Assembly: GCA_016706365.1 (NCBI GenBank)
Contig: JADJJU010000011.1
Location: 77,654-141,653 of the forward strand
Direction of reading: 5' to 3'
Source: Saprospiraceae bacterium
Lineage (GTDB): Bacteria; Bacteroidota; Bacteroidia; Chitinophagales; Saprospiraceae
DNA length: 64,000 bases
The notes below the pieces were generated by a model. That model worked only from the letters and a program-made list of their open reading frames with translations, ran no database searches and had not been told where the DNA came from. Below, one piece after another: positions 19,297-27,697 of this stretch; within the stretch, counting starts at the first letter, position 1; each line of letters begins with the position of its first letter. The translations under genes were made by a program, and so were the position numbers.

Positions 19297-19668
19297 ATGG
19301 ATCACCGCTTTGAAATTTATAGTATAAATAATGTCAGGATTGCAAGAATTCTTCCGGAAGGAATAGTCATAAAAAATGAACAGGACGCCCTCGACTTGAT
19401 AGCAAACTGCTATTACAGCGGAGCATCAAAACTGCTCATTCATGAAACCCAAATACACCCTGATTTCTTTGACCTGAAAAGCGGATTGGCGGGTGAAATA
19501 TTACAAAAGTTCTCAAATTATCAGGCTCAACTAGCTATCATTGGTGATTTTTTAAAATACTCAAGCAATAGTCTGCAGGATTTTATTCGTGAAAGTAATC
19601 GGGCGGGAAGAATATTTTTTACAGCAAATGAGGAAGATGGAATAAACAAACTGGCGCAGGGTTCTTAG
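19297..19668 (+). CDS. DUF4180 domain protein
   Basis: 123 aa; ALDLIANCYY...HPDFFDLKSGLAGEILQKFSNYQAQLAIIGDF pattern typical of the family. Confidence 0.6.
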   Translation: MDHRFEIYSINNVRIARILPEGIVIKNEQDALDLIANCYYSGASKLLIHETQIHPDFFDLKSGLAGEILQKFSNYQAQLAIIGDFLKYSSNSLQDFIRESNRAGRIFFTANEEDGINKLAQGS

Positions 19669-19892
19669 CCTTCCTGAAAGAAAATGGTTGAAATTCTTCC
19701 TGCAAATGCCTTCACTTTGAGAGAATTAAGCATTAATCTCTGGCATTTAATGTAAAATCATTACGTATTTCGAATGATGCTGTGCAGTTCATCACCTGGT
19801 GAATTCAACAATTCATGAACTTCGCTTATTTCGGTCAAACCTAAACTTTGTGGCAAAATAGTTTGCGCAATAAACATATAGTAAAAAACATA

Positions 19893-20801
19893 ATGTATAA
19901 AAATACAAAATTTGATGCAATTATCATTGGAGGAAGTTATGCCGGATTATCCGCCGCAATGACACTCGGAAGATCTCTGAGAAATGTACTTGTCATTGAC
20001 AGTGGCAAACCCTGCAATGCTCAGACACCTCATACCCATAATTTGATCACATTAGATGGAGAAACCCCTGCCTCTATAATCGACAAAGCCAAACAGCAAG
20101 TCTTAAAATATGAAACAATTCAATTTTTCAACGGCCATGTTACTGAAGTCAAAGGCAGCAATAAGTTATTTCAAGTTTACACGACTTCCGGCCAAAAATA
20201 TGAATGCTCTAAATTGCTCTTTGCTACCGGTATCAATGATATCAGCCCTGAAATTCCAGGATACACAGAATGCTGGGGCATTTCAGTACTGCATTGTCCA
20301 TATTGTCATGGGTATGAGGTTCGCAATTCTGATATTGGGATTCTCGGAAATGGAGAATTCGGATTTGAATTATGCAAAATGTTGTTCAATTGGAGCAAAA
20401 AAATTACCCTTTATACTAACGGCAAATCAGAACTTTCCAAAGCCCAACACTCAAAATTAGAATCTCATAATATTGAAATAATTGAAAAAGAAGTCCAATC
20501 CTTAAGACATGTAAATGGGCAATTAGAAGAGTTGGTTTTTATTGATCAATCGACACATAAATCCAATGCACTATTTGTAAGGACAAATTTCATCCAGCAT
20601 TGTGATATTCCTGAGAAACTAGGTTGCAAACTCACAGAATCAGGATATATATTTATTGTGGATTCTCAGCGAACCAGTGTAGAAGGGATCTACGTAGCTG
20701 GAGACAACTCAAGTATATACAGGGCTGTAGGTAGTGCAATGGCTGACGGAACAAAAGCAGCAGCATACATAAATAAAGCTTTGAATGAAGAGTCCTTTTA
20801 A
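19893..20801 (+). CDS. NAD(P)/FAD-dependent oxidoreductase (thioredoxin-reductase-like)
   Basis: FDAIIIGGSYAGLSAAM dinucleotide fold; HCPYCHGYE motif; ATG at 19893 preferred to the TTG at 19848. Confidence 0.8.
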   Translation: MYKNTKFDAIIIGGSYAGLSAAMTLGRSLRNVLVIDSGKPCNAQTPHTHNLITLDGETPASIIDKAKQQVLKYETIQFFNGHVTEVKGSNKLFQVYTTSGQKYECSKLLFATGINDISPEIPGYTECWGISVLHCPYCHGYEVRNSDIGILGNGEFGFELCKMLFNWSKKITLYTNGKSELSKAQHSKLESHNIEIIEKEVQSLRHVNGQLEELVFIDQSTHKSNALFVRTNFIQHCDIPEKLGCKLTESGYIFIVDSQRTSVEGIYVAGDNSSIYRAVGSAMADGTKAAAYINKALNEESF

Positions 20802-20841
20802 TCATTACCTGTATCTTTGGAATTCATCAACATCGATCCAC

Positions 20842-21327
20842 ATGAATAGCAACATGTTTAACCTTACTAAAGTTAGTTTCAAAGCTTGCGCCTTAATACT
20901 AACCTTATTTATTTCAAGCTTTGTAGCTTGTAAGAAAGACATTCCACTTGAGCCCGAAGTTATTGAAACCAGCTTGTGTCTTGTAGAAATCAACGGTGTA
21001 TTTCAAGAACTGGAATTAGATCAGATGCCCATTTTTATTAATGGTGGAGATGAAGGCCTTGCAATGGAATTATCCCGGGTAATCAAGTATCCTACAGAAG
21101 CCAGAGAGAACGGAATTGCCGGCCAGGCAATCGTTCAATATGATATTCTAATAGATGGTAGCACTGATAATTACAACATCATTCTGGACCCGGGCCATGG
21201 CATAGGAGACTCCCTGAAAGGGGCCATGCAAGAAGTTATGTCTGGTATCGTCTTTACCCCTGCAATCCTTAATGGTCAAGCCGTGAAAGTCAGAAAAGAA
21301 ATAAAGGCAACATACAGATTGGAATAA
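20842..21327 (+). CDS. lipoprotein with TonB C-terminal-like domain
   Basis: Lipobox FVAC; FINGGDEGLAMELSRVIKYPTEARENGIAGQAIVQYDI matches the TonB_C pattern. Confidence 0.55.
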   Translation: MNSNMFNLTKVSFKACALILTLFISSFVACKKDIPLEPEVIETSLCLVEINGVFQELELDQMPIFINGGDEGLAMELSRVIKYPTEARENGIAGQAIVQYDILIDGSTDNYNIILDPGHGIGDSLKGAMQEVMSGIVFTPAILNGQAVKVRKEIKATYRLE

Positions 21328-21358
21328 GAATTTCCGCCTTACTTAACATCTAAAAAAA

Positions 21359-21478
21359 ATGAAACTATTCTTACTGCCTGCCATTGGAACATCTGAATTA
21401 CTTATTTTAATAGCCGTTGTAGCGCTATTAATCTTTTCATTGTTCGGAAAGAAATTAATTCAGGGATTTAAAAGATAA
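21359..21478 (+). CDS. possible 39-aa single-TM peptide (weakly TatA-like)
   Basis: MKLFLLPAIGTSELLILIAVVALLIFSLFGKKLIQGFKR; not in the ORF track (<60 aa); resemblance to the TatA G-x-x-E-L-L..FG-KKL motif is partial. Confidence 0.3.
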   Translation: MKLFLLPAIGTSELLILIAVVALLIFSLFGKKLIQGFKR

Positions 21479-21551
21479 TAAGAAGGCAAAAAATCCACCG
21501 CGCATAACGGTTGCTTTATCCGGCCAAATTTAAAACTATGCGCATTTCAGC

Positions 21552-21559
21552 TATATTTG
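21552..21559 (+). promoter_or_regulatory. candidate -7 promoter box TATATTTG
   Basis: TAnnTTTG match 52 nt upstream of the bestrophin ATG. Confidence 0.3.
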
Positions 21560-21611
21560 CGCCTGCATAGAGATAATTTCTCACAATGTTTTAACAGCAA
21601 CAAACACATCC

Positions 21612-22523
21612 ATGCTTTATTATAATCCCAAGGAATGGTTCATCGCCATTTTCAGGTTTCATAAGTCTGACACTTTTCGGGCACTTTTTCCTTTACTGAT
21701 TTTCATGAGCATATATTCCTGGGGAATAGTATTTCTCGAAACTGAATATTTGAAATTGGGTGCCAACAGTAATGCGAGAAATATAACGGTAATGCACACC
21801 TTGTTGGGATTCGCGATCTCAATGCTACTCGTTTTTAGAACTAATACTGCCTACGACAGATGGTGGGAAGGAAGAAAACTATGGGGAAACCTGGTCAATA
21901 ACAGCAGAAATCTGGCCATCAAACTGAAAGCTATGTTGCCCGAAAATGATCATGCATCCCGCTCCTTTTTCAGGCAGGTCATCCCATTATATGCTATCTC
22001 TCTTCAGAAACATCTCCAAAAAGAAACCACCAAATTTGAACTCGACGAGAAACCTCATCCAGAACTGCCAAGCTTAAAAGATATCCACCATATACCCAAT
22101 CGTGTCTCTGAGAGTATGATTACTAAGATAAATAGTTTATACAAGCAAGGTGTTCTATCCGGGGATCAACTGATTATCATAAATAATGAAATCAGCTCCT
22201 TTACAAATATTTGTGGTGCTTGTGAGCGAATTAAGAATACCCCTATCCCCTATAGCTACAGTGCTTTTATCAAAAAATTTATCTTCATTTATGTAGCCAC
22301 CCTTCCTTTTGGGTTTGCTTTTAATCTTGGATATTTTACAATCCCGGTAACTACATTTATATTTTATGTTCTTGCGAGTCTTGAATTGATTGCCGAAGAA
22401 ATTGAAGATCCATTCGGCAAGGACAACAATGATTTGCCAATGATCAAATTATCAGATGCAATCAAGGCCAATGTGAACGAAATATTTGATTTTAAGGAAG
22501 AGGAAGAAGTAATACCAGTATGA
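21612..22523 (+). CDS. bestrophin-family (UPF0187/YneE-like) ion channel
   Basis: 303 aa; FRTNTAYDRWWEGRKLWG signature and TM layout. Confidence 0.8.
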   Translation: MLYYNPKEWFIAIFRFHKSDTFRALFPLLIFMSIYSWGIVFLETEYLKLGANSNARNITVMHTLLGFAISMLLVFRTNTAYDRWWEGRKLWGNLVNNSRNLAIKLKAMLPENDHASRSFFRQVIPLYAISLQKHLQKETTKFELDEKPHPELPSLKDIHHIPNRVSESMITKINSLYKQGVLSGDQLIIINNEISSFTNICGACERIKNTPIPYSYSAFIKKFIFIYVATLPFGFAFNLGYFTIPVTTFIFYVLASLELIAEEIEDPFGKDNNDLPMIKLSDAIKANVNEIFDFKEEEEVIPV

Positions 22524-22761
22524 GAGAATAGTTGAAATTCATCTGTATTAAGAGTTGCATAACGATATCAATCAAAAAACAATTTTCACTATTCAAGTTG
22601 AAAATTTGTCACTCATCAAAATTTCTACTTCGACTTTAATTTTTTATCTCAATCTTTGAGAAGAATAATCAGAGTTTGCATCGTTATTCATTTGCAGAGG
22701 CGTTCTGCAAGGCGGATTCCGAAAAGCCATAAGAGTAGGAAAAATATTTAAATAACTAAAA

Positions 22762-23166
22762 ATGAAATTTATAATTTTATCTATCAGCTTATTATGGTCA
22801 TTCCAGACGCTGACCGCCCAAAGTATTTCAGGCCATATCCTGGAACTTGAATCCTATACCAAATGGGATGCCGTGGAAAAAGAATGGGCAGGTGTTCGCA
22901 AAGATTGGGAAGTTCAAGCCAAAAAGGAAAATACGGCTGTTATTAGTGCCGGCTTATTGCTGTCATTTGAATCATACATCAAATGGGATGCGGTGGAAAC
23001 ATCATGGAAAAAACGCCGTGACAAATGGGTAAAAGAAGTTGAAAAAGCAGTCACTAACGCACAGGTTGCAGCGCTTCTCATTGAACTGGAATCCAACATT
23101 AAATGGACCGCAGTGGATGAAAAATGGAAAGGACGCAGAGAGGCCTGGATTAGTGAATTGAAATAA
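22762..23166 (+). CDS. small secreted protein made of three Trp-rich ~38-aa repeats
   Basis: Signal peptide, then LELESYTKWDAVEKEWAGVRKDW / LSFESYIKWDAVETSWKKRRDKW / IELESNIKWTAVDEKWKGRREAW. Confidence 0.65.
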   Translation: MKFIILSISLLWSFQTLTAQSISGHILELESYTKWDAVEKEWAGVRKDWEVQAKKENTAVISAGLLLSFESYIKWDAVETSWKKRRDKWVKEVEKAVTNAQVAALLIELESNIKWTAVDEKWKGRREAWISELK

Positions 23167-23169
23167 TGG

Positions 23170-23275
23170 TCTGAACAGCCGTTGAATCGGTTAATCGGTT
23201 AAGTGTATAAGCGAAGTGTGAAGAAACAGCCGCTATTGGCTTTTGGCTGTTAGCTTTTGGCTAACAGCCGGAGCT
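23170..23275. repeat. AACAGCC-punctuated module with perfect 10-bp hairpin
   Basis: AACAGCC at 23174, 23225 and 23263; GGCTGTTAGC(23245-23254)-ttttg-GCTAACAGCC(23260-23269); stutter GAATCGGTTAATCGGTTAAG. Confidence 0.85.
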
Positions 23276-23309
23276 GAGTTACTGAGTATGCCAGGAGCTA
23301 TCCAGATTT

Positions 23310-23487
23310 AATGCCTTCCGGATTTCCCAACCTTAAATGTATTCCCTCCACTAGTATGTCATATTTTTCAAGATGTCTCAAATGTGCCCTCTTAAAACTC
23401 CGTATGGAGTTTAACATGAATAACCCCGTGCAAGTGAAACGCAGCTCGGGATACATAATCACTCCTCCCCGAACTCCGTAGGTGTTC
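23310..23487. repeat. three-hairpin element locus (left copy truncated, right copy complete at 23395-23487)
   Basis: AATGCCTTCCGGATT at 23310-23324; AAACTCC-gtat-GGAGTTT at 23395-23412; CCCGTGC..GCTCGGG; GAACTCC-gta-GGTGTTC at 23471-23487; homologous to 46159-46409. Confidence 0.8.
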
Positions 23488-23581
23488 AATTTGAAATGAA
23501 CCGGCATTCTCCAGGTTTAGATTCAATTCCAATTAATGCTGGCTTTATTGACTTTCGAGTTATATGTGAATTACTGTTTTG

Positions 23582-24183
23582 TCCTCACCATTCACTTTTC
23601 AAATTTCACATTTCAATTTTCACATCTTACTTCTAACCATTTACCATTTACTATTCACCATTTACTTTTCTCATCTCACATTTCACATTTGACATCTCAC
23701 CCTTCTCTTCCTGCCATTTACTATTCCCTTTTCACTTTTCACTTTTTTTCCTCTTCTAACCATTCACCATTTACTATTCACCATTTACTTTTCTCATCTC
23801 ACATTTCACATTTGACATCTCACCCTTCTCTTCTTACCATTTACTATTCACCATTTACTATTCACTTTTCAATTTTCACATTTCACTTTTCACGTCTTAC
23901 TTCTAACCATTCACCATTTACTATTCACCATTTACTATTCTCATCTCACATTTCACATTTGACATCTCACACTTCTCTTCTTACCATTTACTATTCACCA
24001 TTTACTATTCACTTTTCACTTTTCACATTTCACTTTTCACTTCTTACTTCTAACCATTCACTATTCACCATTCACTATTCACCATTTACTTTTCTCATCT
24101 CACATTTCACATTTGACATCTCACCCTTCTCTTCCTGCCATTTACTATTCCCTTTTCACTTTTCACTTTTTTCTCCCTCCTTT
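23582..24183 (+). repeat. G-depleted tandem repeat (4 units; unit starts 23631, 23754, 23901 and 24048; periods 123, 147 and 147 nt)
   Basis: Only 7 G counted in 602 nt on the + strand; built from words TCACTTTTCAC, CCATTTACTATTCAC, CATCTCACATTTCACATTTGACATCTCAC. Confidence 0.9.
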
Positions 24184-24296
24184 GGAAAAATAAATTCCAA
24201 ATCGTACCTTCCCGTTTTATACCCGCCAAGATCTATGAACTGCTCAACCCGAGCCTGTCTTCTATTTATTGATATCACAAAAATTCAATTCAGCCC

Positions 24297-26246
24297 ATGC
24301 AAAAGTTCTTGCTCCTACTGTCCTTGACATTTTTAACACTCATCCTGAATGCTCAAAGTAATGAAGCATATTTCATGTCACATTCCACGCTGACACCAGA
24401 CGGACAAACGATTATTTTTGATTATGACAATGATCTTTGGAAGGTCAGCACCGCGGGTGGCTCTGCCTCCAGATTGACTGCGATGGATGGAAATGAACAG
24501 TATCCCCGTGTCTCACCTGATGGGAAATGGCTTGCATTTTCGGGCAATCAATATGGGGGGACCGATGTATATATTATGCCACTTAATGGGGGCGATATCA
24601 AACAATTAACTTATCATGAAGCCTTTGATCACGTGGATAGCTGGTCCTGGGATTCAAAAAATATTTACTTCACATCCAATCGTTACAATCGTCAGTCAGG
24701 TTATAAAGTTTCCATTGATGGGGGAACTCCTGTGAGGTTATTTGCCAATTATTTCAATACTGTCCATTCCATTGTTGAGCATCCCAATGGTGAAATATTC
24801 TTCAATGAAACCTGGGAAAGCAAGTCATCAGCTAACCGCAAAAGATACAAGGGAGCATATAATCCAGATTTACAATCATATAACCCCAAAACAAAAGAAT
24901 TTAAAGTTTACACTTCATGGAACGGCAAAGATTTCTGGCCGACTTTTGACAAGCAGGGCAAAATTTATTTTGTATCGGATGAGGCAAATGGGGAATACAA
25001 TCTTTATGAACTGGAAGGGAAAAATAAAAAACAACTTAGCAAATTCAATACCTCCATCAGCAGGCCACAAGTAAGTGCTAATGGAGAAAAAATAGTATTC
25101 GAAAAGGATTACCAGTTATGGGTATATGATGTGAAGTCTAAGGATAGCAAAAAAGTGAATATCAATATTTTCAACAATAGTGTTCTTACCAAAAGCCAGG
25201 ATTTTGATGTTAAAGGGAAAATTGAAAGCTTTGATGTTTCCCCTGATGGGAAAAAAATGGCTTTCGTGTCAAGAGGTAAACTTTTTGCTTCTGATATAAA
25301 AGGTCAATTTGTCAATCTTTTATCCACCGGTACAGGACGGGTGCTGGAAGTTAACTGGATGGCAGACAATAAAACAATGATCTATGGTAAAACCAATGAA
25401 AATGGCTATGCTAATTATTTCACCATTGCTGCTGATGGATCCTCAGCTGAAAAACAAATCACCAATGTAAGTCGTAACGATCGTGATCTCAGTCTCAATC
25501 ATGACAAAAGTATGGGAGTATATATCAGCGGTCGCGATGAAGTGAGAACAATTGACCTCAAATCGCTGACGACTTCATTAATTGTAAAGGACGAAATCTG
25601 GGGATTTCAAAATCCGGCTCCGGGCTTTTCACCGGACGGAGAGTATGTTGTTTTCACAGTTCGCCGCAATTTTGAACAAGATATTGTAGTACATCATTTG
25701 AAATCAAAAACCACTACTAATCTTACAAAAACTGCCATCACAGAAACCAATCCTGTTTGGTCTCCGGATGGAAAATGGATTTATTTTATTTCCGACCGGC
25801 TTGGCCCGGGATATCCATATGGGCTTAGAGATGCACATATCTATCGCATACCCCTTGAGAAACATGAGGATCCCTATAAGAGCGACAAGTATGCAGAACT
25901 TTTTGCAGCGGACTCTACTAAAAAAGATGACGTAAAAAAAGAGGATAAACAGGATGAAAAGAAAGACGATAAGAAAAGCGACAAGAAAGATGACAAGAAA
26001 GATGACAAGAAAGATGAGAAAAAAGATTCAATAAAAATTGTAACCCCTCTCAGTATTAATCCGGAAGGATTGACACGCTTGGTGGAGCAGGTGGGGCCTA
26101 CTTTTGGAACCCAAAGCAATTTATTTCTGTCAAAGAAAGATGATAAGATTACTATGATTTTTGCATCTAATCATAGTGAAGGTAAATCCAATTGGTGGAA
26201 GACAACCTATGAACCATTCACTCCTCCCAAGACAGAAAAAAATTGA
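24297..26246 (+). CDS. tricorn-protease-like S41 peptidase, N-terminal beta-propeller part (frameshifted gene)
   Basis: Signal peptide; repeated SPDGKWLAF/SPDGKKMAF PD40-type blades; Lys/Asp-rich insert; ends 4 nt after the A7 run at 26236-26242. Confidence 0.8.
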   Translation: MQKFLLLLSLTFLTLILNAQSNEAYFMSHSTLTPDGQTIIFDYDNDLWKVSTAGGSASRLTAMDGNEQYPRVSPDGKWLAFSGNQYGGTDVYIMPLNGGDIKQLTYHEAFDHVDSWSWDSKNIYFTSNRYNRQSGYKVSIDGGTPVRLFANYFNTVHSIVEHPNGEIFFNETWESKSSANRKRYKGAYNPDLQSYNPKTKEFKVYTSWNGKDFWPTFDKQGKIYFVSDEANGEYNLYELEGKNKKQLSKFNTSISRPQVSANGEKIVFEKDYQLWVYDVKSKDSKKVNINIFNNSVLTKSQDFDVKGKIESFDVSPDGKKMAFVSRGKLFASDIKGQFVNLLSTGTGRVLEVNWMADNKTMIYGKTNENGYANYFTIAADGSSAEKQITNVSRNDRDLSLNHDKSMGVYISGRDEVRTIDLKSLTTSLIVKDEIWGFQNPAPGFSPDGEYVVFTVRRNFEQDIVVHHLKSKTTTNLTKTAITETNPVWSPDGKWIYFISDRLGPGYPYGLRDAHIYRIPLEKHEDPYKSDKYAELFAADSTKKDDVKKEDKQDEKKDDKKSDKKDDKKDDKKDEKKDSIKIVTPLSINPEGLTRLVEQVGPTFGTQSNLFLSKKDDKITMIFASNHSEGKSNWWKTTYEPFTPPKTEKN

Positions 26247-27513
26247 AGGGGCAGTTCAGGGGTCTGTCTATATCGTCGAGGTGAGCGGGAAAATGTATGG
26301 ATTGATTTCGGGCGATATTCATACTGTCAATCTGGAAGGTAAAAAAGTCGAGAAGGTCGAAATCTCTTACAAATTCCGCAAGAATTTACAGGAAGAATTC
26401 AATCAAATGTTTCATGAAACCTGGGCGAATATTGAGGAGAATTTTTACAATGAGACTTTCCATGGCATTGACTGGCCCGGAATGAAAAAAAGGTATGCGG
26501 CATATCTCCCTCATCTGGGATCAAGAGCTGATTTGCGAGTAGTATTGAATGACATGCTTGGAGAGTTAAATGCTTCCCATCTCGGATTTAATTCTGCAGG
26601 AGATGAGGAGAAAATATTTTACAAAACACAAAATGCTGAAACCGGAATTATTTTTGAAGAAGAGAAGCCATACACTGTCAAATACGTGGTTAAAAACAGT
26701 CCAGCTGATAAGAAAGGTAAAGATATCAAAGCAGGTGATGTGTTGACACATGTCAATGGTCAGGCAGTGGATACAAAAATGTCCAGACACTACTATTTCG
26801 CTCAGCCTTCGCTGGATGAAGAACTAAGTCTCAGCTTTAGTCGCGGCTCAGAAAAATACGATGTCAAAGTAAGACCTCAGGCTTTTAGTGCGCTTGTATC
26901 CCTGCTGTATGATGAGTGGATCGACAACAATAGAAGTCTTGTTCGCAGCAAAGGAAAAAACAGAATTGCCTACTCACATATGCGTAACATGGGCAAAGGA
27001 GAATTGGATAAATTCATGATGGAAATGAATAGCGAAGAATATGCAAAAGAGGGCTTAATTCTGGATTTAAGATTCAACACCGGAGGAAATGTTCATGATG
27101 ATGTTTTGCGCTTCCTTAATCAGCGTCCATACTTAAAGTGGAAATATCGTGAAGGAGCATTCACAGTCCAACCCAATTTTACCCCTGCTGCCCATCCGAT
27201 TGTATTGCTTATCAATGAACAATCATTGAGCGATGCTGAAATGACAGCCGCAGGATTCAAGGAACTCGGACTAGGAAAAATCGTCGGAACGGAGACATAC
27301 AGATGGATTATTTTCACTTCCGGAAAAGGACTGGTGGATGGTTCCTTCTATCGGATTCCGGGATGGGGATGTTATACCCTGGATGGAAAGAATCTGGAGC
27401 AGGAGGGTGTTCAGCCTGATATTCCTGTAGCCAATACATTCAAGGATCGTTTGGAAGGCAGAGATCCGCAATTGGAGAGAGCTGTGAGTGAAATTATGGG
27501 GCAGTTGAAGTAG
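26161..27513 (+). CDS. tricorn-protease-like S41 peptidase, C-terminal PDZ plus S41 catalytic part
   Basis: Frame +1 relative to 24297-26246; PDZ-like VVKNSPADKKGKDIKAGDVLTHVNGQAV; S41 motifs LILDLRFNTGGNV and LINEQSLSDAEM; the real continuation begins at about 26236. Confidence 0.8.
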   Translation: MHLIIVKVNPIGGRQPMNHSLLPRQKKIEGAVQGSVYIVEVSGKMYGLISGDIHTVNLEGKKVEKVEISYKFRKNLQEEFNQMFHETWANIEENFYNETFHGIDWPGMKKRYAAYLPHLGSRADLRVVLNDMLGELNASHLGFNSAGDEEKIFYKTQNAETGIIFEEEKPYTVKYVVKNSPADKKGKDIKAGDVLTHVNGQAVDTKMSRHYYFAQPSLDEELSLSFSRGSEKYDVKVRPQAFSALVSLLYDEWIDNNRSLVRSKGKNRIAYSHMRNMGKGELDKFMMEMNSEEYAKEGLILDLRFNTGGNVHDDVLRFLNQRPYLKWKYREGAFTVQPNFTPAAHPIVLLINEQSLSDAEMTAAGFKELGLGKIVGTETYRWIIFTSGKGLVDGSFYRIPGWGCYTLDGKNLEQEGVQPDIPVANTFKDRLEGRDPQLERAVSEIMGQLK

Positions 27514-27600
27514 CAGCCGGCCTTTAGCTGTTGGCTATTGGCTATTGGCAAACAGCCGGGAAGAAGTTAGAAGTTTTGGAAGAGCCTTTTCCAACAGCAG
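27512..27600. repeat. AACAGCC-punctuated module starting at a stop codon
   Basis: AGCAGCC at 27512 overlaps the TAG at 27511-27513; AACAGCC at 27551; AACAGCA at 27593; stutters TTGGCTATTGGCTATTGGC and GAAGAAGTTAGAAGTTTTGGAAG. Confidence 0.8.
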
Positions 27601-27697
27601 CCTGCATTTTGCGGATAAAGTTGAAGTTAACTTGTTTAAAGTGTTGTGCACTACAATACTTGACAAGAGTTATCGTCAAGCTTTCACATTTAATATA

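Noticed and set aside
23536-24327. 263-aa ORF (HFSNFTFQFSHLTSNH... Ser/His/Phe/Thr-rich) spanning the tandem repeat
   Set aside because: The region has almost no G, so TAG and TGA cannot occur and long open frames arise by composition alone. The protein is pure low complexity and it overlaps the well-supported start of the tricorn-like gene.
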